From positions 416,001-480,000 of the forward strand of contig JBMNIF010000001.1 in assembly GCA_050950765.1 (NCBI GenBank): a stretch of DNA of 64,000 nt, in the 5' to 3' direction. The first letter of the stretch is position 1; each line of letters starts with the position of its first letter. Shown one piece after another: positions 43,608-51,514 of this stretch. The translations under genes and the position numbers were made by a program. Origin of the DNA: Bdellovibrionota bacterium (GTDB lineage: Bacteria > Bdellovibrionota_C > UBA2361 > JAAYZI01). Under the pieces are notes generated by a model. The model was not told where the DNA came from, did not search any database, and saw only the letters and a list, made by a program, of their open reading frames with translations.

Positions 43608-46370
43608 GTGGCACAAGAAAAACAAACAATAGGGAATGTATATTTAAGCGGAGATGAGCTGCAGCTTTCGTTTCGTTTCTGTAAACGTAGGTTTGCTGCT
43701 ATCAAAAGTATGAAGGGTGCTACATATAACAAAGATCTTAAGAGGTGGTGCTTACCCGTTACCGCCTTAGATAACCTCCTCTCTTCAAAATTATTTTCTG
43801 AAAATTTTATGCGCTACGCCTTCGATCAAGATCTTGCTAGGCAAAATGCCGCCGCTGTTACGAGTGTGATGCAGGAAGCAAATATTGCGATCGATCAAAA
43901 TCCGTTTGAGGTAGAGGAGGATTGCATCGCTAAAGCAGATCTAGATTGCGTAATTAGATCTGCCACAGGTGGCGGCTTAAGGGTTTTTATAAAGAAGAGA
44001 AGTAAAGCAAAAAAAATAATTGAAGAGGTAAGAGGTGCTCACTATATAAAAGCGGAAGGTGCCTATTTTTTACCGACTTTAGCGATAAAAAAGTTTTTAT
44101 GTACATTAAGAGATCAGAAGCTACGTTTCGCCGTAGCTAAAGAAACTGCTCTTAAGTTAAAAGTAGGGGCGGAAATTCGTAATACAATTTCCTCTAGCGC
44201 ACGTGTTCTTACTGCAAGAGAACTGAAGGACGGTATGTTATATCCGTACTTTGCCGCAGATTTTTCAGCGCAACGTTTTGTCCTGCATGGATCTACACAG
44301 GAACAGTTGGCTGCAATATTTCCACACCTACGTGGTGCTTTAAGTAGAGAACGCGCAGCAGCAGCGCTGACCTTAGATAAGGTAGCTTTTCTAGTTACTA
44401 ATCTGGAAAAGATGCAGGTTAAGATCTGGTTTTCTAGTGAAGTTCTAGAGTGTTTGAATGAGAGTCTAGCCTATTTCAGTGAAGAGCTGCAATTTTTGCC
44501 ACAATTACTGGCTTTGCTTGGAGATAAAAGAGAGGCTGTTTGGATCTGTGATTATCAAGGTGCAGGGCTACTTTTCCAAGATGATGAAATTCTACTTAAT
44601 ACAGATGCCTTTTCATATAGCAAACATGTGCAGTTTCCGAACTACAAATATATCAGACCAGCAGAGGAAAGGCTGCCTCAATTTTTTAAAGAGGTGCAGG
44701 ATAAAAACGGTTCTTTAAAAAAGAGCCCTGCTTTTGAGATATACTATCAAGACTTACTTGAAAGGTTGAGATTAAGAGAACGGTGTAGAAAATTTAACAC
44801 GATGCGTGAGAGTGAGATAACGTTGAGTGATACCGAATTGCAAAAAAGCCTTTTCCCGCATCAACGGGTGGCAGTGGAGTGGTTGCTTGAAACTGAACAA
44901 GCTTTTCTCGGAGATGATATGGGTCTTGGGAAGACGCTCTCTATTTTAGCTGCTTTTCAAGAGTTGCACCATTCTGCAGATGTTTCGTTTCTATTAGTTG
45001 TGGCGCCGAACTCCCTTGTTTTAAATTGGTATCGTGAAGCTAAACGGTGGACTCCGAAGTTAAGGTTTGCAGTATTGCCAGATTCCCCTCAAAAGAAAAA
45101 ACTCTTTTTAAGAGATTTGAAAAAATGGAACTATTATCACGGACTGATCGTAAATTATGAGAAGATACGGCTGGATTACGTTTATCCAGCGATAGCTGAC
45201 GCTTGTAAAAGTATGGATGTTATGTTGTGTTTGGATGAATCGCAGCGTGTAAAAAATCCTACTTCAATGATCTGTAAGGCATTAAAAAATATTGCACCGC
45301 TATGTAAAAGGCGAGTCTTATTAAGTGGTACTCCGACCCCACGAGATTTAGCCGACATCTGGTCGCAGATGTTGCTGCTGGATGGTGGAAAACGTTTTGG
45401 TGTAAATTATTATACTTGGTTAACTTCAGTAGCAGAGGTTGGGAATCAATGGAGTGATTACGCTGTAAAACGGTTTATTCCGGAGAAGGTGAATGCAACT
45501 ATTGCGCGAGTACAGGAGCTACTTTTAAGACGGAAAAAAAGTGATGTGATAGATCTGCCGGAAAAATTATTTAGCGTTAGAGACCTAGAGATGTCGGGAG
45601 ATCAGGAGCGTCGGTACGAAGAGGTACGTAAAGATCTCTTATTACAGGTAAGTGCTATGGATGGCACTACTTCTGTTAAGCAGATTGAATCAATTTTAGA
45701 GGAGTATCTACGTGCTGTGCAGATCGCATCGAATCCGAGAATTGTCGATGAAAATTGGAGTGGGGATCCTGTAAAGTTTGTGGAGCTTGATGAGATCGTA
45801 GCTGAAGTTGTGGAAGGGCAGGGTGGGAAGATCGTGATCTGGACGAACTTTAAAGTTAATGTGCATGAACTGGTTAAACGTTATGCAAAATATTCCGCCA
45901 AACCTTTTATGGGTGAAGTTTCCGTTAAAGAGAGGGATAAAACGGTTAAAGAGTTTCAAGACCCTACTAGTAAGGTGAAAATTTTAGTAGCTATCCCAGC
46001 TGCTGGAGGTGTTGGCATCACCTTAACGGCGGCACAAACGGCAGTATACCTTGAAAAAACGTGGAATGCAGAACATTGGCAGCAATCGATAGATAGAATT
46101 CACCGTATTGGACAATGCGGAACCGTAACAATTATCTCACTGCAGGCTTGTCCTGTTGATGGATTGATCGCCGCTAACTTAGCAAAAAAAATGCGTGCTC
46201 AAGCAAGGCTCTTGGGTGATACTAAAAACAGATCTCAACTTCTAGATAATGATTCACTTTTACCAAGTAGGGCAGAGCTGTTAGCAGCTGTGACTAAGGT
46301 CAGAAAAAAAGTGGATCTAGTCGGAGGGGCTGAAGACGAAGAGATTACCACTAGCGCTACTGTAAACTAA
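43608..46370 (+). CDS. SNF2-family helicase/ATPase with N-terminal HARP-like repeats
   Basis: LFPHQ, GDDMGLGKT, LDESQRVKN, LLSGTP, GGVGITLTAA, QSIDRIHRIGQ. Confidence 0.92.
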   Translation: MAQEKQTIGNVYLSGDELQLSFRFCKRRFAAIKSMKGATYNKDLKRWCLPVTALDNLLSSKLFSENFMRYAFDQDLARQNAAAVTSVMQEANIAIDQNPFEVEEDCIAKADLDCVIRSATGGGLRVFIKKRSKAKKIIEEVRGAHYIKAEGAYFLPTLAIKKFLCTLRDQKLRFAVAKETALKLKVGAEIRNTISSSARVLTARELKDGMLYPYFAADFSAQRFVLHGSTQEQLAAIFPHLRGALSRERAAAALTLDKVAFLVTNLEKMQVKIWFSSEVLECLNESLAYFSEELQFLPQLLALLGDKREAVWICDYQGAGLLFQDDEILLNTDAFSYSKHVQFPNYKYIRPAEERLPQFFKEVQDKNGSLKKSPAFEIYYQDLLERLRLRERCRKFNTMRESEITLSDTELQKSLFPHQRVAVEWLLETEQAFLGDDMGLGKTLSILAAFQELHHSADVSFLLVVAPNSLVLNWYREAKRWTPKLRFAVLPDSPQKKKLFLRDLKKWNYYHGLIVNYEKIRLDYVYPAIADACKSMDVMLCLDESQRVKNPTSMICKALKNIAPLCKRRVLLSGTPTPRDLADIWSQMLLLDGGKRFGVNYYTWLTSVAEVGNQWSDYAVKRFIPEKVNATIARVQELLLRRKKSDVIDLPEKLFSVRDLEMSGDQERRYEEVRKDLLLQVSAMDGTTSVKQIESILEEYLRAVQIASNPRIVDENWSGDPVKFVELDEIVAEVVEGQGGKIVIWTNFKVNVHELVKRYAKYSAKPFMGEVSVKERDKTVKEFQDPTSKVKILVAIPAAGGVGITLTAAQTAVYLEKTWNAEHWQQSIDRIHRIGQCGTVTIISLQACPVDGLIAANLAKKMRAQARLLGDTKNRSQLLDNDSLLPSRAELLAAVTKVRKKVDLVGGAEDEEITTSATVN

Positions 46371-47009
46371 CTTTTCTTTTCTAGAAGTTCCTTTTTTGCA
46401 ATAACCATCCAGATAAATTTTACCCTTTAAGAAACCTTTATTGATAAGACGTTCCAATAGATAAGCTGCCAAAAGAACTTGATGCCTGTCAGTCCCAACG
46501 CGGTGCTCTATATACACATCAAGCGCTATTTTTTTATCACCGCCTACCTCTTGCTCTATCGCTTCAGCGATATGCTCTTCAGAGATATAACGGAGCTGCT
46601 CTTTGACAAGATTGATCATCTCTTCAACGATAATATCTTCTGATAGATCTTTAACATTTCCATCAGAGAGGTTGGTATAACGTATCATCAGATCTGTGTA
46701 GACCGAATCTAAAAAAACGTAACGATCGTCGACGACTAAAGCTTCTTGCGGCGTTGCTCCCAGATAGACACCTCCATTAATCTTGGAATGTTCACCGATA
46801 ATGTGACGTTTGCGAAATGTGCCGTAAGGTTCGTCGGGGTTTTTTGATGGCTTGTAGTGCTTGTTGTTTTTTATGCGCTCTGACATTATAAAAAAACGGT
46901 TAGCCTCTTCCTGATTAAGAGACGGTTCCTCGAGATCTTTTAATTGGGATCTTTTAATTGAAGTGTCGTCATCTTTTGGAGGTTCTGTTAAACTTCGTTT
47001 TTTAGCCAT
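46317..47009 (-). CDS. Hypothetical protein resembling a transglutaminase/EDR1-like domain with the Cys replaced
   Basis: IALDVYIEHRVGTDRHQVLLAAYLLE resembles the G-V-C-R-H-x-A-L-L motif. Confidence 0.55.
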   Translation of the reverse strand: MAKKRSLTEPPKDDDTSIKRSQLKDLEEPSLNQEEANRFFIMSERIKNNKHYKPSKNPDEPYGTFRKRHIIGEHSKINGGVYLGATPQEALVVDDRYVFLDSVYTDLMIRYTNLSDGNVKDLSEDIIVEEMINLVKEQLRYISEEHIAEAIEQEVGGDKKIALDVYIEHRVGTDRHQVLLAAYLLERLINKGFLKGKIYLDGYCKKGTSRKEKLVYSSASGNLFVFSPSD

Positions 47010-47051
47010 CTTCTTATCCGCATGCTGATTAATAATCTTCCCCTGTATAGG

Positions 47052-47079
47052 TTATCGGCAAGAAGAGGAGAAAACGTTC
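47052..47079 (-). promoter_or_regulatory. Possible sigma28 promoter for 46317..47009
   Basis: Perfect -10 GCCGATAA on the minus strand; -35 only partial (GAACGTTT). Confidence 0.4.
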
Positions 47080-47244
47080 ACCCTTTATTTAATTAGTATT
47101 AAAATGTAGGAGTTTTATTAGAATCAATTAGTAAATCTTTGAACTTATTGATTTTATTTATTGTTTTAGTAAATTAAACTTTAGGGTCTGCCTGAAGAGG
47201 TCAAGCCCTTATAAATTAACGAGATATATTATTGAGAAGATATT

Positions 47245-48054
47245 ATGAAAGAGCAGCTTTTTAAAGCTTTCTGTCTTGGAATCCTTGAAGGGCTTACAGA
47301 GTTTATCCCTGTTTCAAGTACGGGGCATATGGTGCTGTTAGGCAATGCTTTAGAGTTTACAGGAGATAAAGCTAAGGTTTTTGAAATCTTTATTCAGTTA
47401 GGTGCTATTTTAGCAGTGCTTCTTCTGTATTGGAGGTATTTTATTGTTCTGATCTGCCCTAAGTTTAAGACACCAGAGACGCTCGCTTTCGTAGGGTGGA
47501 AAGGGATCTTAAAATTAATCTTAGTGACTACACCGGCTGCTATTTTAGGGCTACTGTTTCATGGACAGATTAAGATGTTGTTAGAGCCCCTTCCCGTTGC
47601 TATCGCTTTAATAGTTGGTGGATTGCTACTGATCGGTGTTGAAAAACGGAATAAGGCGGTACGAGTTAACGCCGTGCAAGATATCACTTACTTGGATTCT
47701 CTACTGGTCGGATGTTTTCAATGCCTTGCTTTATGGCCAGGGATGTCCCGTTCCGGCAGCACTATTATAGGTTCAAGGCTACTCGGTTTTAGGAGAGATG
47801 TAGCAGCTCAATTCTCTTTTATTATTGCTGTACCGATTATGTTTGCCGCTGTTGGGTATGATCTCTGGAAAAACCGCAATATCCTTGAAGTTTCGGACCT
47901 TCCTGTTTTCGCAGTAGGTTTTGTTGTCTCTTTTATTACCGCTATTTTTGCTATTAAGTTTTTTTTGAAGATATTACAACGTTATACCTTGTGTAGCTTC
48001 GGTTGGTATCGAATCGTATTAGGAATTTTTGTAATAGGGCTCCACTTATTGTAA
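47245..48054 (+). CDS. uppP: Undecaprenyl-diphosphatase
   Basis: EGLTEFIPVSSTGH, IQLGAILAV, PGMSRSGSTI. Confidence 0.97.
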   Translation: MKEQLFKAFCLGILEGLTEFIPVSSTGHMVLLGNALEFTGDKAKVFEIFIQLGAILAVLLLYWRYFIVLICPKFKTPETLAFVGWKGILKLILVTTPAAILGLLFHGQIKMLLEPLPVAIALIVGGLLLIGVEKRNKAVRVNAVQDITYLDSLLVGCFQCLALWPGMSRSGSTIIGSRLLGFRRDVAAQFSFIIAVPIMFAAVGYDLWKNRNILEVSDLPVFAVGFVVSFITAIFAIKFFLKILQRYTLCSFGWYRIVLGIFVIGLHLL

Positions 48055-48066
48055 TGACCTGTCTTT

Positions 48067-48492
48067 TTAGGGTTGTATATTTAAATCGTTAAAGAACGTT
48101 CCAATTAGGGATCGGAGGGCAAAGGCGCTTACGGCAACGACTAATAGCCCTAAGGCGGCTTTATAGTTACCGACTGCGGCGCTTAAGATCGCCATAATAC
48201 CGGCAGCGACCATAACCATAGCACCGAAGGAGCCTTCGATATAGGTTAAAATAGCATTTGTTGCATCAGCTAAACGTTCGTCATTATAGTTAATTGATAC
48301 AGTACCACCCATATAGCCATCAGCAACGACATTGAGAGAGAGTCCTACTATTAATAAGGTCACACCGCAGGCTAATAATATAAATTGTATCTGCAACTTT
48401 GTCGGTGCAACACAAGCAGAGGTGATTTTTTGGCAGATGTGAAGATATTTTTCTGCAATCTGTTTCTTAATAGTCATAATCAAACTCATCAA
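48067..48492 (-). CDS. VirB2/TrbC-like pilin
   Basis: Long leader, then two hydrophobic Gly/Ala-rich helices separated by GNYKA; lies at the end of the T4SS-like cluster. Confidence 0.6.
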   Translation of the reverse strand: MMSLIMTIKKQIAEKYLHICQKITSACVAPTKLQIQFILLACGVTLLIVGLSLNVVADGYMGGTVSINYNDERLADATNAILTYIEGSFGAMVMVAAGIMAILSAAVGNYKAALGLLVVAVSAFALRSLIGTFFNDLNIQP

Positions 48493-48650
48493 AAAGTGCT
48501 TCTTAAAGATCTTTTAAGGAGCGACTGATATTATAAGTTATAGCATAAAGGCATTATTTTCAATACCAATAGAGTGATACCAAGTGAGAGGTGCTAATAG
48601 GAATAGAAAACAACGCAATAAATTACAGATTATTTGGAATAAATTCTAAA

Positions 48651-49163
48651 TTATCCTTGAGCTTTTGATGTCAGTCCAGGGATGAGTTTGAGCGGATCTA
48701 GAGGCTTGCCGTTACGGCGAATTTCAAAGTGGAGGTGTGGTCCTGTGGATTGACCACTATTTCCTAATGTAGCTATGATCTGACCAGCAGCAACCTCTTC
48801 TCCGATTGATATCTTTATCTTATCAAGGTGTCCGTAGTGGCTAGTCATGCCTGAATTGTGGAGGATTACAACTAAATTTCCGTAACCTGCATAGGGATCA
48901 GCGAATACAACCTTACCCCTTCCTATCGCTCTAACGGGAGCTCCTAGTGGTGCTGCTAAATCGATACCGCTATGGTTACGTGTAACTTTAAAGATAGGGT
49001 GTCTTCTTGAGCCGAACTTACTGGAAAGGCGCGGACGTACTACGGGATAAACGAATGAAGGATCTGTTGTGGCTAAGATCTGAGGAGTGGGGAAGGCGTG
49101 ACTGTATTGTGGGATAAGTAGTATGACGAACAATGTAAGTATTGTTGTGAAGTACCCCCTCAT
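48651..49163 (-). CDS. Secreted M23 peptidoglycan endopeptidase
   Basis: HSGID, YGHL, STGPHLHFEIR; signal peptide. Confidence 0.95.
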   Translation of the reverse strand: MRGYFTTILTLFVILLIPQYSHAFPTPQILATTDPSFVYPVVRPRLSSKFGSRRHPIFKVTRNHSGIDLAAPLGAPVRAIGRGKVVFADPYAGYGNLVVILHNSGMTSHYGHLDKIKISIGEEVAAGQIIATLGNSGQSTGPHLHFEIRRNGKPLDPLKLIPGLTSKAQG

Positions 49164-49179
49164 CTTATCACCACAATAG

Positions 49180-50136
49180 TTAACGTTGTCTGATTAAGTC
49201 CATAGCAGCTTCTTCTACGGTACTACCAGCACTTCTTACTTGAACGGTACGTGATGGAACTGAACGGGGATCCCTACCAAAAGCTACGATATCTTTTGAA
49301 ATCCACGCTCTCTCTCCTGTGGGAGCAACAACTCTAAACCAGTCTCCAGACCTCGTCTCTATCGCTAAACGTGTGCCCTTCGCAATGGACATCATCGGAG
49401 AGTGATTCATGCCTGGACCTGCTCTAAGGTTGGCTTTATCAACAACCACCGTTGCGATAGGCATCTCTTCTGTTGTTTTGCGTGATTGTACGGGAGTTAA
49501 TAAAGATTCTCTTTCTTGATTAACTTGATTAACTCGGTTTCTGTTAGAACTTCTGTTGTATACCTGTTTAAGGGGTGGATTGATGCTCTTCCCAGAGCCC
49601 TGAATAATATCGCTCAACCTTTCGACCTCAGTTTCCGCAACCATTAATTTATTGCGTAACTCTATCACCTTATTTGATAGTAACTTTACTTGACGTTCGC
49701 TTTCTGCCAGCTGTTTTTCTAGTCGAGAATTTTTATTTTGGATCTCCGCCGATGATTTTTTTTGGAGATTGACCTCATCTTTTAAAGTGGAATTTTCACC
49801 ACGTAATTTTTTTATTTTATTATTAATCTGATTTAAAATTTCGTTAGAAGGTAGTCCGTCTTTCTCAAGGGCATTTTCTTTTTTAAGCTCTGTTTCCTGC
49901 GGCAATGCTTTTTGAACCAGATCGGATTTTGTATTACTTTTTAAGGATATTGTTGCTTTAGCTAAAGCTTGAGGAGCTTCCCAATTTGTTTCACTCAATA
50001 ATTTTTCTTCTTCGGCGAGAAGGGCAGCTTCTGCTTGATAAGGATCTAGGTTATCTACTTCAGCATATGCGGAGTTGCTGAAAAGTATAATTCCGAGAAA
50101 AAAACCTCTGCTAATGTATTTATTTAAATTAATCAC
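49180..50136 (-). CDS. Secreted coiled-coil plus SH3b protein
   Basis: Signal peptide, long coiled coil, ANLRAGPG...GTRL.IE...GDWFRV....GERAWI. Confidence 0.85.
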   Translation of the reverse strand: MINLNKYISRGFFLGIILFSNSAYAEVDNLDPYQAEAALLAEEEKLLSETNWEAPQALAKATISLKSNTKSDLVQKALPQETELKKENALEKDGLPSNEILNQINNKIKKLRGENSTLKDEVNLQKKSSAEIQNKNSRLEKQLAESERQVKLLSNKVIELRNKLMVAETEVERLSDIIQGSGKSINPPLKQVYNRSSNRNRVNQVNQERESLLTPVQSRKTTEEMPIATVVVDKANLRAGPGMNHSPMMSIAKGTRLAIETRSGDWFRVVAPTGERAWISKDIVAFGRDPRSVPSRTVQVRSAGSTVEEAAMDLIRQR

Positions 50137-50181
50137 GTTAACTACCCCTCGTTATGTATATACGGTGTGTCGAAACGTTCT

Positions 50182-50736
50182 CTATTGTTCATCCGAACTT
50201 TCTTGTTCCTGTTCGTCTAAAACTTTTTGTACCGTTTCTAAGGCAGCTTTATGACGCGCATCACGCTCTCTCTGGAGCATATCCTGCACTTCCTTAGGAG
50301 CGGCTATCCCCTTCATGACAATCTCTATGCCTGAAGTTCCGGAAGTTCCGACTAATACAGTTCCAACGTTCAGAGCTCTCTCTATAAGGGACTGCTCAGT
50401 CTCTACACTCCTAATATCTTCATATCTGATGCGAGTGATCCTCTGTTGAAGTGAAATTCTTCCAATTAAAGACTCTATTCCTTTAGGATCTACCACATAA
50501 CGAACATCGTAAATCCTCCAAGCTAGAACAACGAGGGTTATAAACGGAAAGAGCCATAAAAGGGGGAGTTTTAAGGTAACTGTATACGAAGTAGTGCTGA
50601 ATAACTCTCCGATTATGATTGAATTTGGAAGCTTTTTTGATAGCCAAACAGTACAGATAGCGGATAGGAAAAACAATATTATTCCCCATAATTCAGAACG
50701 CCAAGCCTTTGGTATTACAAGAGTACCTTTAATCAT
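50182..50736 (-). CDS. Membrane protein with bacterial PH (bPH_2) domain
   Basis: Two TMs; IRYEDIRSVETEQSLIERALNVGTVLVGT. Confidence 0.85.
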   Translation of the reverse strand: MIKGTLVIPKAWRSELWGIILFFLSAICTVWLSKKLPNSIIIGELFSTTSYTVTLKLPLLWLFPFITLVVLAWRIYDVRYVVDPKGIESLIGRISLQQRITRIRYEDIRSVETEQSLIERALNVGTVLVGTSGTSGIEIVMKGIAAPKEVQDMLQRERDARHKAALETVQKVLDEQEQESSDEQ

Positions 50737-50758
50737 TTCAAATAGTTCCGGAGTACGA

Positions 50759-51130
50759 TTAAAGAGAATTTAAGATATCTTCAAGTGAAGAAGGATCTGT
50801 TGAACCTTCTTGCGGACGTGCCTGTTTAGGTTGAACTTCTCTCTTTTTGGCACCGTCACTCTCCCCAAAAGGTAACAGTTTAAAAGGTTTTGAAGTATCT
50901 ATATCTCCAGCTGGTTGAAGGTTTCTTTCTTGTTGAGCTTGTTGTTGAACCGCAACTCTGTGTGTAACACCCTCATTTTGCTTAGGAATTACATTAGTAT
51001 TTGAGCTAACCTCAACTTTTCCGCCGCTTAACCTAAAAACGGAAAAGAGCACTGCCACCAATATGATAATTACTAAATGAAACTTATTGGTTAGTGGTGC
51101 AAGTAAATTTTTAGTACTTATAAATGCCAT
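50759..51130 (-). CDS. Bitopic hypothetical protein in the T4SS-like operon
   Basis: Single TM, disordered tail, co-oriented and tightly spaced. Confidence 0.7.
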   Translation of the reverse strand: MAFISTKNLLAPLTNKFHLVIIILVAVLFSVFRLSGGKVEVSSNTNVIPKQNEGVTHRVAVQQQAQQERNLQPAGDIDTSKPFKLLPFGESDGAKKREVQPKQARPQEGSTDPSSLEDILNSL

Positions 51131-51226
51131 CGATCACGATCTCCAATCCCTCTCCATACCTCCCACTCAATACCACAACTCAGACATTTATAGCAGATTG
51201 TGATACGGCTCTACCATAGAGATTAT

Positions 51227-51514
51227 TTATTTGTTGTTTGGATCTTTGTAATACCTCCAACGCCCCTGTCGTACCTCAACCACAGCTTGGTGCGCCGGTC
51301 TGTAATAAGTACCCTCAGGGTCGTAACCTGGCGGAATGTCAATAACATCAACCATTGGCGGTTCATATACAAACTCGACAGCCCCTGGATCAGGAACTAC
51401 GGTAACCTGTTCTTTAACGATCGGCCCACTTACTATTTCCTGCCTAGAAGAGCAGCCTATTACAGAAAATAGTGCTAGTATGGCGATAATATTGAGTATT
51501 TTTATCTTCTTCAC
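51227..51514 (-). CDS. Small proline-rich lipoprotein
   Basis: Lipobox VIGC; overlaps the stop of the traC-like gene. Confidence 0.75.
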   Translation of the reverse strand: MKKIKILNIIAILALFSVIGCSSRQEIVSGPIVKEQVTVVPDPGAVEFVYEPPMVDVIDIPPGYDPEGTYYRPAHQAVVEVRQGRWRYYKDPNNK

